Shown: positions 48,171 through 61,227, counted from the first letter of the whole stretch. The stretch: DNA of 63,792 nt, filler included, from Ionaspis alba (GCA_964255285.1; 7 parts of 7 records of this genome joined end to end with filler, not necessarily neighbours in it); one strand, 5' to 3'. The notes: generated by a model from the letters alone, not told the origin. Translations and numbers: made by a program.

Positions 48171-50176
48171 TTCATGGGCTATCGTACCTCCAGCTTTTTG
48201 AGGCGCAGCCTTTTCTGCTTGAGCCTTGGTTCAGAAGAAGGAATTCGTGGCCCATCGCACCATATCATCGGCTGCGCCTGAAAAATATAGGGGCCGTACT
48301 GACCGCTACCAGAATAGTGAGAACGACGGAGATGGTGGTGGGAGAAGAAAAGATAGAGTGCGTAGTGGGCATAACGTGCTTGGTATCTACCTTTGGACGC
48401 CTTCGTTCTGTAGCAATAATGTGGGCACTTTCTGACCAACCGTTGATATGAAAACCGTATTCAAGAATTTTTGAGGGCTCCCGTCTAAGCAGATCAATAT
48501 AAGCTTCGCAGAGAAGGACAATGGACGTAAACAGAAGCCTGCGAATTCTTGTCTGCCAACTCCAGTATCTAATCATCAGAATACCAACCAGTACGAGTAG
48601 AGTCTGAGAAACGGCACAGAGTCTGTTTCCAGATCTCCTCCTTGAGTGTTCGACAGGCATGGCGGCTTCACGACCTAGTGCAAAAGATGTCATTCCCTAG
48701 TACCTCGCGCCTCGGCAGGGAGATAACCCTCCAGGCTTGCACGCGCACCAAAACGATAGTCGCCGATGCGAAGTGTACCGTCAAGAGTGGGAAATCCTCG
48801 ACGTCAGTATTAGAATGGAGATGAATGCATTGAGGTATTCCTGTATGAATTCCATACTAAGATGTGGTGACGGTGAGTTCAGGAGTCCATTCATGACAGG
48901 AGCCGGCCGGAATGGAGAATATCAATGCTGGACACGCATGAAATGGCAGACTCGGACTTGCACAGCCAAACGTTGAAGCTAAGACGAGCAAGCGTTAAGC
49001 TAACAAAGCTCTAAATATGTACGGTAGCGTGTGGAACGGACAAACAATTATGACTGAACAAGAGCTCTGGAGTTCGTGGTAACCTGAGTGAAAAGTTGAT
49101 TGGACAAAAGACAATATTCACATGTGCGGACAATGTTCATGGACAGTGCAAGTTGATTTGCCTTTGCGTGAGAGAGACCTGCTTGCTCATCGAATCCTCA
49201 GGCTTCACCAGAATGTCTGGGACGGGTACCCGTGAACATGTCCACGGAAATGGAGGTTCTGGCTGCAGCGATCATCGTATTCCCTTCCATGTTGTAGTGC
49301 CCTAAAGTAGCAAGCAGCCTGTTCCGTGTATCTAAGCCGTTGACTTTGACCATTCCCTCAGACTATGGCCAGCGGCTTCCAACACTTCCGAGCACGTTGC
49401 GAAGTATGTTTCTTGACCAGTTAGCCATGTCATCATTTGCCCTGTTCTACCCGCAGCCAATGCCTGTAGAATGTCGTGAATGTCCATGAAAATCTAGAAT
49501 CAAGCTTATAGGTGCAGACGCGCTATGACACATCGGGATCACTAGCATCGGATGCTGACTGCCCTCTCCCCAATTGGGAAGTGAGCTTCTTCATCTGACG
49601 AATCATCGGAGCTAGAAAGCGCCACAGCTGCCCTAAAGGATGGACAGTTGACAGCCGGAAATTACCCTTCCCGTGCGCTATCAAAACATCCTTCAGATCC
49701 TCGAGAAAGCGCTTCACGACAAACTTCCATGTCCATGGATCAACCATCGCAATTCTCGCGCTTTGTCGAACTCCTCACCTCCTCGTGGGCTCGATCAAAG
49801 AACGATAGCGTACCATTGCTCCACGCCCCCTTCCTTGTCCATTCCCGATTTCCACCTGGTGCTTTGCGCTGAGCAGCCTTCCCCGCATCTGAATGTAGCT
49901 AAGCTGTCCCAATCTCTCAACTGCACGTCTTCTGTTCGAGCGACGATCGAATCTCCTTTGCCTTTCCCTGCATTTCATCATGGCTTTGCGCGCCTTCATG
50001 GCTGCTCCGTTTAGTAATAGTAGTTGCTGTTCCGCAGCTTGGGGTCTCCCCGTTCCTTCTCGCCCAATTTTGTGCTATATAACATCCACTTCCCCCTAAT
50101 ATTAGTTGTTTTGGTTCCATCCGTTCATCAAGCAAACTTCCAGCCTTGTCGCCTCTCAAGAAAACGACCATCAGCA

Positions 50177-51318
50177 ATGCATTTCTCTACTGCTTTAGTT
50201 GCTCTTCTAGCCACAGGCTTGAGCACCGCCTCTCCGATCGAGAAGCGCGTTGCTACTCCCAAGGTCAACGATGCAATTATCTTGCACTACGCACTCACAT
50301 TGGAGTAAGTAATAACTTACCTTCCCAATGAGCACGAATGAGACAGGAAATTGACCGGTATCAGGTTCCTTGAGCGCAAGTTCTACCAAGAAGGTCTTGC
50401 CAACTACTCTCAAGCGGCCTTTGTCGAGGCGGGTTTCAAGGATCCCTTCTACAGCAACTTGAAGGTCATCTACAAGGACGAGCAGACCCATGTCGATTTC
50501 ATCTCTGGTGCACTCAAGGGGGCTGGTGTCGTTCCGACCAACGAGCTCAAATACTGCTTCCCTTCCACCGACCCCAAGTCCTTCGTGACACTTTCCAGCG
50601 TCCTTGAAGGGGTCGGTGTAACAGCCTACCTTGGAGCTGCCGCTCAGATTATGAACAAAGAGTACTTGACCGCGGCCGGTGCAATCTTGACTGTCGAGGC
50701 CCGTCACTCTTCCTATATCCGAGCCTCTCTAGGACAAGTCCCGTTCCCAAATCCTTTCGACACTCCTCTAGACTTTGTGAGCATACCCATCCTCGATTGA
50801 TAAAGTTCGGCGAATACGTGCTAACACCCCATGACAGAACCAAGTCTACAGCCTTGCAGCTGCCTTCATCTGTGGTGGTAGCAGTCCGGTCAAGCTTCCG
50901 TTCATGGCATTCCCGATGCTGAACCTTGAATGTACACAATACTACTACGAGTAAGTGTCCTTCGTCCTCAACTCCAAGTCCCAGAACTGAACATCTCAGG
51001 TCCGATCGGTCCTCAGTAACCTTTACGAACGCGTACACGAACGCCAAGAAGTTCGACGCCAAGATTACCGAGTCTACCAAGATCTACGCCGTCTTCTTCA
51101 ATGGTCTGATGAAGGTTCCCGTTGAGGTTCGCGTCACCCGCGGAGGCAAGGACTACAAGATTGACAAGATCCCTGCTGGACTCTCGGGCCCTACCTACGT
51201 TATGCTAAGCAAATCGTGCACCGAGTTTACGGATGAGAATTTCATTGCCGGGCCAGCTATTCTCGAGGTTTATCCCAAGGGCATGACACCTAGCGCGCCG
51301 CATCCTAAGTGCTCGTAG
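50177..51318 (+). CDS. Secreted ferritin-like stress-response protein (Rds1 family)
   Basis: Signal peptide plus KR; 'DAIILHYALTLE|FLERKFYQEGL', 'DEQTHVDF', 'LEGVGVTAYLGAA', 'ILTVEARH'. Two introns. Confidence 0.9.
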
Positions 51319-52047
51319 TCGCTTTGAGGGCTATCGTTGGCTTGGGTGAAAAGAGTGTGAAAGTGGAAAATGTATATATTGATTGATATGGACATTTATC
51401 GGTCGTGGGTGTCATGATTTTTCTGATGACGTTATTATTCTTTCGGATGCTACCGTCAATCTCTAATTCGAGACCAATCTAATATCTACTAAACTCTATT
51501 TCGAATGAAGATTGATGGTGCTTGAAGCCAATCCAGTAATTGTCAGGTACATGAGTTCTTGATGATGCAGCCATTCTATGATGACCGTCTACCTGCATGC
51601 CAAACTCACTTATAAATAGTCTGGTGTATAGAAATTGTGCGCTGGATCGAGATCAATATTAAATTCAAAACATCATGCCAGATTGAAGTTAGACATACGC
51701 ATGGAATCATATTAAAGATTGTTTTATCGAAACGGTGATAATGTTGACTGGTAGAGCAATTAAGGTAGTCACCGTCCTGTGTTGACGTTGCTGGTTGTTC
51801 GTGTGCATCCGTTTTGTCTGTTGTACTGATAGGGGTAGTAATATAATCTCCACAAAATCGTGACTGAATGAGACCTATTTAGCGTCTCTAACCATCTAAT
51901 CTGCGCTTTGAGTAGGGCTAGCTATATTGAAGGCTTGACCTATAATTATCTCGCGTGGACAACAACTGCATCCATCATATCCGGCACATTCGAACGAGGT
52001 CTATTCTCGGCTCATGTCTCATGTTGTCAGTGGTACACTCTCCAAAC

Positions 52048-53876
52048 TCATCGCCTCCACCAGAGTCTCCCCAATCCTCTCTCATGTACCTCTCTCCGCG
52101 CCGCTCCGTCCATCATGACGCCCTTGCCGTCATTTATCGAGCTTCCACCGCTAATTTGCTTAGATCTTGGACCGTTACCTACATATCGCAATAGCACTGT
52201 CATCGTAATTGCGCTCAAGATGGACAACCCAAGAATGCCTATCATCACTAGATTGCTTTTCCGGTACTGCGTCGGGCCTTTGACACTGTCTGCTGGCCAG
52301 CCGGTGTACAGAGCATAAGTGGTCAGGATACTACCAAGATTTCCAAGACCAGAGACAAGCGCTGAGGCAGCAGCGACCCCAACCTCCCCGTGACGGGGCT
52401 GAAATATCTCGTTTGTCCAAGTCATGGTAATTGGGACAGTGGGGCCAAGGCCGAATCCGATCAGCAGGAGGCCACCGTAACGAGGCCACGGATTAGAGGG
52501 ACTGCCAGCATAAGTGGTGACAAGTAGACCAGCGATTTGGATAAGGACTGGGACGGAGAAGAACAGGGCACGATGATGATGGAAGCGGTCGGAGAACGGA
52601 GTGACGACCAGGATTGCGATCAGATCCATCTATGACTCAGATTAGTCGCGTCAATGCGTCAGGCTTGCCCATGGACTCACAATCCATATCGGCGCGAAAA
52701 GCAGACTGAGCTGAACACCAGTCAAGCTAGGATTCGCCCCTTTTATGATCACAGTCCCGTAATTCTGAACTCCAATTCCCACCCCGACCACACCAAAGTA
52801 CATCAGCACCAGAGGCCAGACTCTCCAGTCAATGATGACGTGCCAAAGGTCAGTAAGCGTCCATACACGTCTATGGTAGACCCTGGTGAGGTCGCGGTAA
52901 TGAATCAAAGCATCTTCTCCGGTCAATGCGGGTCTGCTCTGAGGAATCCACTTGTGCCATCCTTCTTGGTTACGTGTTTCACCGGGAGCAAGAGGTCGAT
53001 CTGGAAGCCACCATAACAGACTGATACCAACGGTGATCCCAACAAGGCCATATAGGAGAAACATCCACTGGAAGCCGACCAGTCCTCCAAGGCCGTCCAT
53101 CTGCTGAAAGCCAGCAGATACTAGACCCACAACGGCGGCGGAGACTTGAGCGGCGGTGAAGTACTGCCCTATTCTCTTTCCCGTTCTCGACGGAGGGTAG
53201 AATAGCGTAAGGTAGTAAGCCATTCCAGGCCACATTCCTGCGATCACTATTCCTAAAAGCGATCGAAGGAGGCTGCATTATTCATCAGTGGCCATGTATG
53301 ACTACTTTCTCGAGACATACAAGAGACTCCAGGCTGCTTGCATAGCCGCCATACAGGCCCCGATGATACCCACGCCAACAACGATCCGGCTCATCCATAC
53401 GTGAGGGCTGAGCCGAGTCATGATCAAATTGGAGGGAAGGTCGAAAGTCACATAGAAAACGTAGAACAAAGCCAACCCAGTCGAGATTTGCTTAGGAGTG
53501 AGATGCAAGACGTGGGCAAGATCATGACCCTGGGCTTCGTTCATGGTCTGAGAGAGTCCAACATTGGATCTGATGGCTGAACAGATGAAGTAGAGGACCC
53601 AGAACGCTGAAGTAACTGAGCATCGGAATTACGCATATCAGCAGGTATACATACCAGGAATGATGCGGCGATCAAGCTTTCTATAGATAATGGATCAGAC
53701 GTTACTCTCCGAGCTATTAGTACGCAGACGGACCTGTAGACTCTTTCAATTCTGGCAATGTCCACCTGCTCACCGCCCACTTCCAGATCATCTGGGAAGC
53801 TGTTTACATTGGAGTGGTTATCTGTCGATTGGAGATCACGCGATCGCGGAGAGGAGATGTCAACTCGCGTTGACAT
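52048..53876 (-). CDS. MFS transporter, anion:cation symporter (Dal5/Tna1/Vht1-like) family
   Basis: 'RKLDRRII', 'AIRSNVG', 'FYVFYVTFDLPSNL', 'WPGMAYYLTLFYP', 'WQ/FQWMFLLYG'-type motifs, 'SDRF'. Four introns. Confidence 0.9.
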
Positions 53877-54743
53877 CTTGCAGACTTGTTGGTATGTGAT
53901 ACACAAGGTAAGGGAGCAACAAGCAGCCTGGGGATGTTGAAGGAGAAAAAAAAATTCTCCCTACAGGAAATTGATAGCTCGTGGGCTAGCTTGCCCGGAC
54001 GTTGTTGCTAATCGCCAGCAGCTCGGATTCTGGATTTTGGGCTTCCTGCCCGCCTTCGGAACATCACTGCACGCATGGTGCACATCTCCAATCAGAAAGC
54101 GTGTCGGTCAATGGGAATTGACTTTGGTGGGGCCATTGGTGGGGTTTGGGCATGGGGTAGGGGAGCTGGCGTGCTCCCTAGCAGATTTGGCCGAGTGCAG
54201 AGTGGAGGAGGGAGAAAGAGAAGTAGTGGAGAGGGTTGGATGCGCCTGCATGTGCTTCGGACACCATCCACTTAGTGATGGTGGTATCAGTGGGAGCTGC
54301 TGTACCATAGGATGTTCTCTCAGGAGAAGAATTGCCAGTTGAAGGCAATTGGATGGAAACATTACTTTGTTTTGATGCAGGGATTGGTGGGGGAGCCAAG
54401 CACTGACGACCTCTTCATGACGGCAGCCACTCCGCTATATCCTCCGAATTACAAGGGACTAGCCACCCATGTCTCTAGACTGGGCCTCCTTCAAATCATC
54501 AGTATTTACTCTCTAACACTTCCAGATCCTACGTGCAGCGACACTGGTTATTACTATGTTTGGAAGAGTCGGTCGAGCCTGTGCTGCTAACGGTGCTGGT
54601 CTCCATAGATCTCGGTGCATATCAACGCTCCAAGGTAACCCTCACATTGTGAGCTTTGCATATCCTTGTCGGTGTATTCACGTTGACCCTCTACAGTATG
54701 TCTTCCCAGACGAACGATCCTTAAGTAATCATTTGTTGACTCT

Positions 54744-54843
54744 NNNNNNNNNNNNNNNNNNNNNNNNNNNNNNNNNNNNNNNNNNNNTTAATTAATTAAN
54801 NNNNNNNNNNNNNNNNNNNNNNNNNNNNNNNNNNNNNNNNNNN
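54744..54843. other. Artificial scaffold-joining spacer
   Basis: N44-TTAATTAATTAA-N44. Confidence 0.98.
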
Positions 54844-56862
54844 GTAGGGGATGGGATCAAACCGGTTCGAATGGAGCCAACATCTTCTTCCCTCCTGCTC
54901 TTGGAATCCCGGACGGAAGCTATCTAGACCGCGATCCCGGGACGAGAGGTGTCTCGAGCATCCTCAACCTAGCAAACGCAACTGCTCCATCGACGCTTGC
55001 CTTACCTATCGTCGGCGGACACTACCCTGAACGAAACTCCTGGTTGGTAGGATTGATCAACGCAGCTCCATATTTCAGCTCAGCATTCCCGTGAGATGAA
55101 TTCCCCAACCTGTGACAGACATACTGCTAATCTGTAAACAAAGCGGATGTTGGCTAGCCGATCCCCTCAACTACTACCTGGGCCGTCGAGGAACGATCTT
55201 CCTTGCTGCAGTTTTCTGTTTCCTTCCCGTTCTCGGATCGGCGTTTGTCCAATCGTGGGAACAGCTCTTGGTCTGCCGTCTTCTTCTCGGAATAGGCATG
55301 GGCGCTAAAGCTACGACTGTTCCCATCTTCGCAGCCGAGAATTCGCCCGCTTCCATCCGTGGAGCTCTAGTTATGACGTGGCAGCTCTGGGTAGCTTTTG
55401 GGATCTTTCTGTAAGTCTTCGCACTAAAGATTTACTTTAGGGCACGCTAATCAGTATCCTTGGCAAAGTGGAGTCACAGCAAACCTTGTGGTGTGGCACA
55501 CAGGCGATATCGTATGGCGACTTCAATTAGGCTCAGCAGCGTTGCCAGCCATTCCCCTACTTATCGGCGTATACTTTTGTCCAGGTTCGTTGGCCCTTCC
55601 CTCATGACGAAACATAGTTCTCTAATTTGTAATAGAATCACCACGATGGCTGATGAAGAAGAACCGATATCAAAAGGCATTTGCGTCGCTTCGTCGCCTG
55701 CGCAATACGGATATTCAAGCTGCGCGCGATCTCTTCTATATACACGCACAACTCAAGGATGAAGCTTCGTTCCAGGAGGAAGTGGGCTATTTTACTCGAT
55801 TGTTGGGGCTTGTCACTATCAAGCGGAACAGAGCTGCTACCTTAGCCGCGTTCACGGTCATGATTGCTCAGCAGATGTGTGGCAGTATGTTCTCAAGATG
55901 CGACATCTATGAAGATGTAGTACTAACCACATTCTAGTCAATATCATTGCTTTCTACTCGTCTACTGTCTTCAAAGACGCTGGCGCTAGTGATCAAGGCG
56001 CACTCTGGGGCTCTTGGGGCTTTGGACTTGTTAACTTTTTGTATGCCTCCCATTGGCTCATTTCCTCATATGATCTAACTCGATCTGCAGGTTCGCGATC
56101 CCTGCCCTGTATACCATTGATCCATGGGGCCGTCGTACTCTACTTCTCTTCACGTTTCCGCAAATGGCTTGGACATTACTGGCCGCTGGATTTTGCTCCC
56201 TGATTACGGCTTCTACACCCCATGTTGTACTCGTTGGATTTTTCGTGTATTTATTTTCGGCCTTCTATTCGGTAGGTGAAGGTCCTGTCCCCTTCACCTA
56301 CTCAGCAGAAGTCTTCCCTCTTAGCCATCGAGGTTTGCAATTCCTCCTTCCTGCGATATCAATCTCTTCTAACATTCTTGCCAAGAACTCGGAATGGGGT
56401 TTGCGGTAGCAACAAACCTCTTTTGGGCCGGCGTTCTAGGGGTCACCTTTCCTCGTATGCTGGCAGTATTTGGCTCATTGGGAGCTTTTGCATTCTATGC
56501 GTAAGTGCTGTCGTGAGATCGTCACCAGAAGAATTCTACTGACTGATAACATTCACAGCGGCCTCAATGTCCTCGCATTTATAATGATCTTCTTACTCAT
56601 GCCGGAGACCAAGCAGCGTACTCTCGAAGACCTTGACTATATCTGTAAGCTTTGCTATTCCAAATACTCGCCTCATCGCTGACAAGCCAAACAGTCGACG
56701 TATCGGCTGTGAAATTCGCTCGCTACCAGATCTCACAAACCCTTCCATACGCTCTCAAAAAATGCCGTCACCCCCATTGCTCGGACACGAGGAAGAACCT
56801 GTATCCATTCTCTCAAGACTATGCCTGAGAATTGTCGATTTCTATCGTATGTATTTGCGTAG
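54844..56862 (+). CDS. MFS sugar-porter family transporter (polyol/inositol type), 5' truncated
   Basis: '[11 protein letters not shown]', '[11 protein letters not shown]', '[10 protein letters not shown]', 'PESPRWL', 'QQMCG.N', '[16 protein letters not shown]', '[12 protein letters not shown]'. Many introns; the C-terminal end is uncertain. Confidence 0.9.
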
Positions 56863-57423
56863 CTATATTCCTTTATATATTGCAAGCGCCGGTGGACGGA
56901 CACCGGCATGAAAGGACATTAGGTGGAAAAAATGGGATCGGTGATTATTGGGCAGTCACATACTTTTAGGTCTTTTTATCTTCATAATCATCGACAATAT
57001 ATCCTCTTTAATATGACCGGTGCATACTGTCCATCGCGAGGTTGTAATATGCAGATTACCTAGTTGTGCTAGTCCAATTTGAGCGGGTGGTGCTGCCAAG
57101 CATGTGAAGTCGATTTCTCCAGGCGGCTTCGACTCAACTTACCACCATATCTGGTAGACAAAGCATGGAGAAGCGCTAAAATATCTCTTCTGCTTCATGA
57201 GATGGTAGGCTGCGTGTGCAGCTGACCTGGTATGAGCTTGAGATGCGCCGCCCGTCGGATCAGGCCGGAAGAGGTCCCGACTACGTCCTGACGTAATTCT
57301 GAGGAAATGTTGACTTACACGAATATCAACGGTTATACAAGTTGGTATTGTGCCTGAGACTATATGGTGGGTGGTCGATATATTCTTGACGTTTCCTCGA
57401 CGTGGGGTAGTACCAGTTAAAGG

Positions 57424-58597
57424 ATGTTGTGTCATGCCAGACGTCAGTTTCACTCTGCAGCGGCCAGAGCGTTGCAATCCACGGAGTGCTCTACCGCTCA
57501 ATTGACAGTGACATCACGGTCTTTACTTTCGTCACAGAGCACGAGAAGCTATATCTCGCCACCTGCTCCTTCATCCTTCATGAACACTGCACCATCACCG
57601 CTCCCTATCTCAAACCGTCTCAACCAGCTTCAAAAGCATTTCTCTACATCAACAAGCAATATGTCTAAAAATAACAATGCTGATTTCCAGCTGCAAAACC
57701 TCTTTGATGTCAAGGGCAAAGTGAGTATCTCTAACCTGTCAACCTACGATTACGTGCTGACAATCATGCTAGGTAGCCCTCGTCACCGGTGGCGGTAGCG
57801 GTATTGGTCTCATGTGTGTCCAAGCTCTCGCAGTCAACGGAGCAAAGGTGTACATCACTGGCCGCACGGAAGAGAAATTAGACCGAGTCGTCGAAACATA
57901 TGGCAAGGACATCCCAGGAGAGATCATCCCCATCACCGCCGACATCACATCCAAGGACTCGATCAAGAACCTCGTCAAGGAGATCTCGTCCAAGGAAAAG
58001 TGCCTCTGCATTCTGATCAACAACGCCGGCATAAGCAGCACGACCCAAACTACGGAAGCCAAGACCGCAGAAGAAATGTCCAAGAACCTCTTCGATGACA
58101 AGAATGCCACCATGGAAGACTGGACCGACGTCTATCGCACCAACGTCGCCCAGATCTTCTTCATGACCACGGCCTTCCTGCCTCTCCTCCAAAAAGCCAG
58201 CGAGACCCATCATGGCTACTCCGGCACTGTCATCAACATCACCTCCATTTCCGGTCTGGTCAAGACCGCCCAGCACCATTTCAGCTACAATTCCAGCAAG
58301 GGCGCCGCTATCCACGTTACCAAGCTCCTGGCGGCAGAGATCGCAAACAATGGTTTGAAGATCCGCGTCAACTCTATCGCTCCGGGTGTGTTCCCGAGCG
58401 AGATGACAGCGTCGGAGAGTGACGATAAGCAGAAGAGTGAAATAGCAAAGGAGAAGTTTGAGGGCAAAGTTCCTGCTCGTCGTCCAGGCAGGGATCAGGA
58501 TATGGGGTCAGCAGTTCTCTTTGCGGCCACCAACCAGTATCTTAATGGGCAGATTGTGGTTGTTGATGGTGGATACCTCATTGAGGTTGGAACATAG
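57424..58597 (+). CDS. Short-chain dehydrogenase/reductase (classical SDR); alternative starts at 57424, 57580 or 57661
   Basis: 'LFDVKGK|VALVTGGGSGIG', 'INNAG', 'NITSISG', catalytic 'YNSSKG', 'NSIAPG', 'VDGG'. One intron 57721-57772. Confidence 0.93.
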
Positions 58598-58876
58598 GTC
58601 GAGCTTTGTTGCGGTACTTCCCAAGTTCGAGACTGGAGACTTGCACCAAAAAACTTTGTAGTTGTATCTAGCTAAATAGTCGTTGTCACAATGATAATAC
58701 AATGGCAACACTAATTTGAGATTTGAATAACGTATGATGACAATCATAAGGTCCGAATATAATCGTTCTACTCTTTTCTAGAATCAGACTTGACTATTAG
58801 ACACATCCATGTCTCGGCTGAGCCTCGAAGCATAACGTCAATATAGATAAAATTACCGAGCGCAATTAGTACAGCT

Positions 58877-58960
58877 GGCCGTGTGGCCTAATGGTTAAGG
58901 CGTTGGTTTTCGGTACATGAAATCCACCAAAGATTGTGCGTTCGAATCGCACCATGGTCG
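58877..58960 (+). tRNA. tRNA-Arg(TCG) with an ~11-nt intron
   Basis: Acceptor GGCCGTG/CATGGTC, D-arm GCCT..AGGC, anticodon stem TTGGT/ACCAA with TCG at 58910-58912, intron about 58914-58924, T-arm GTGCG-TTCGAAT-CGCAC, and a T5 Pol III terminator at 58966-58970. Confidence 0.93.
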
Positions 58961-59679
58961 TTGTATTTTTGCTCTTTGCCTGACCCTTTCGGACCTCATG
59001 ATGCTCAGAAGGATGAGGGGAACAGAATGCGAACTCTGCAGTGGCTGAAGCCTAGGGGTGGTAGGTGGGGCGAAGTTGAGAAGCACGAGACCACGGGTCA
59101 CGCAGCGGAACGAATAACATGTGGAATTGGAAATGCAACGTCGGGGGTAAGGCGTTCGATTTGGCATTCAAGAATGAATGAGAGAGGTGTGAAAGAATCC
59201 AAGCTATTACTGTCATGATATAGTAACGAGAGCGACTTTTGGAAGCCTCGAATTCTCCACTTTGTTGATTGCTCCAGTACCAAGTAGACGGAGATTAAGC
59301 CTGGCCACACGCCTTTTCGTCTAAAGATGTGTGCGTGCCATCATAAAGTTCTGCAACACGAGATTACAACTTGTGATAGAGCTGATTTTGGGCGATTACA
59401 TCCCTTGCAGGAGGCTGTGCTGCTACCTACTAGAACTGATGGGTGTTGTGCCTCACTTGTGCATAGATTGGGGGGAAAAGGAGAAACAAGTCAATCGAAG
59501 GTGCGTAGATGATGATACTACTCTAGTCACAAGGCCGCGACAGGGCCACAGCGACGTACATTTTCAATAGATTGCTGAAGTAATCCGAGACCAGGCCAGG
59601 GCAAATCTTTCAGACCATTGCTAAATCCTGCCTTACCACCCAGCTGTCAACCGCCACTAAGAGCTCAACCGTAATGCGA

Positions 59680-61227
59680 TCAAGTCAAACGCTTCACGCA
59701 GAAAGGGTTGGCTGTAAAGATCCCGTCCGGATCAGCAATTTGTCTTATTTTCTGAAGCCTCTCATATTTGGCCCGGTCTTCGTAATAGTATTGCCAACTG
59801 GCATCAAGATCGAAACTGCCATACGAACCCCAGAGCACACGGCGGTCCTGTTTGCTAAAAATGCCATTTGGACCCACCCCTTCGGTGTCATTGACCTTTT
59901 GCCAGTCGTCGGCTCGATCCTTGGCGGAAGACGAGTGGAAGCAATCGAGCGTGGCCACAAGGGTCGAGTCACGCCAGCTGTAGGAAGTGCCGTTGTCGGC
60001 GTTGGTCACGAACTTGGAGTGTCTACCACCGAAACACTGCAATTGAGCGGACAGCCAGCAACGATTGGCCTCGGGTTTGACAATGGCGTCGATGCGTTCG
60101 GTGACCCAGTAGGCCCAATCGTCTTTGCCGAGTGTGGTCGAATTGGTCGAGTAGGTGCGTTTGACATACGGATGATCGAACTCACGTACGTTGCGGAAGA
60201 TCCAGTCACCAGTCAGCTCCGACATGGGTTTCTCTTGCACGCCTAAATTGAAGATAGAACCCTCGCTGAGCCGATCGAACCAGGCCATATCGCAGACGTC
60301 GGTTTCAGCAAAGGGGACCCACTGCGCGTACACGACAATCGTCCGAGGCCAGAACGGCAGGCCGTCTTCGCCGTAGATCTCGGGATGCTCCCTTTTCATC
60401 TGGCCGTCCACTTCCGGGAACAAGTCCAAGAGCTTGAACGACGAGCTGAGGACGCTGACACAGAGATCGTAGTTACGCGGAAAGTCTTCGTTGTCCGACA
60501 TCTCTACCACAATATCGACCAGACGCTTCAACGTCCTGGGATTGTACCAAAACAGAGCTTTCAAGCCCCGAGAGCCTTCGTAATCGCTGTCTCGGTGGAC
60601 CTCGATCGTGAAATGCGTCAGCACACCCAAGTTTCCGGGGCTACCTCCAAGCAGAGCGTAGAACAGCTCGGGGTCAGTGGCCTTGGTAACTTCCTGAAAC
60701 TTGCCCTCGTGGTCCACAATCTCGAGTGATAGAACGTGATCGCCAAATAAGCCAAAACTACGACCTAATTGACCATATCCACCAGTTTGGACGTGGCCCC
60801 CAAGGTGAACTTCGGTACACTGTCCATGCGGCACAAATAATTGGTGCTGTGTGAGATATGCATTGAATGCCCCCAGACTCCAGCTGACGCTCGTACGAAC
60901 AAAGGTTCTGCCGTCTTTCTCGAAGATCATTCGGTCGTCAGGACCCTGGAAAGTCTTTTTCAAGTCTAGTTGAATGTTCGGAGCGGACGTAGATGATGCT
61001 CCGCTGTATTGATGGCCTCCGGTTCTGATTGCCACGGCAAGTTTCTGGGATTTGGCATACTTGAGTGCGAGCACAATATCATCTTTATTTCGAGGTTGGA
61101 TTATCAGCCCCGGGTTCATGTTGTGATCGACTCCGTGGCTGGACGTCGCATATTGATATTTGTTATCTTGATATGCTTGTGTCCCTTGGACGAATTGATT
61201 ACCTCTTATACCAGCGATAGTGGCCAT
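59680..61227 (-). CDS. FAD-linked oxidoreductase (VAO/PCMH, berberine-bridge-enzyme-like)
   Basis: 'AIRTGGHQYSG' (FAD-His), 'PHGQCTEVHLGGHVQTGGYG', 'LFYALLGGSPGNLGV', C-terminal 'YYEDRAKYERLQKIRQIADPDGIF'. Intronless; likely start MATIAG at 61227. Confidence 0.92.
   Translation of the reverse strand: MATIAGIRGNQFVQGTQAYQDNKYQYATSSHGVDHNMNPGLIIQPRNKDDIVLALKYAKSQKLAVAIRTGGHQYSGASSTSAPNIQLDLKKTFQGPDDRMIFEKDGRTFVRTSVSWSLGAFNAYLTQHQLFVPHGQCTEVHLGGHVQTGGYGQLGRSFGLFGDHVLSLEIVDHEGKFQEVTKATDPELFYALLGGSPGNLGVLTHFTIEVHRDSDYEGSRGLKALFWYNPRTLKRLVDIVVEMSDNEDFPRNYDLCVSVLSSSFKLLDLFPEVDGQMKREHPEIYGEDGLPFWPRTIVVYAQWVPFAETDVCDMAWFDRLSEGSIFNLGVQEKPMSELTGDWIFRNVREFDHPYVKRTYSTNSTTLGKDDWAYWVTERIDAIVKPEANRCWLSAQLQCFGGRHSKFVTNADNGTSYSWRDSTLVATLDCFHSSSAKDRADDWQKVNDTEGVGPNGIFSKQDRRVLWGSYGSFDLDASWQYYYEDRAKYERLQKIRQIADPDGIFTANPFCVKRLT

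Noticed and set aside
9227..54799. TTAATTAATTAA recurring every ~9.1 kb as a biological periodic repeat or CRISPR-like array
   Set aside because: Always embedded in 44+44 Ns; it is a synthetic six-frame-stop linker.
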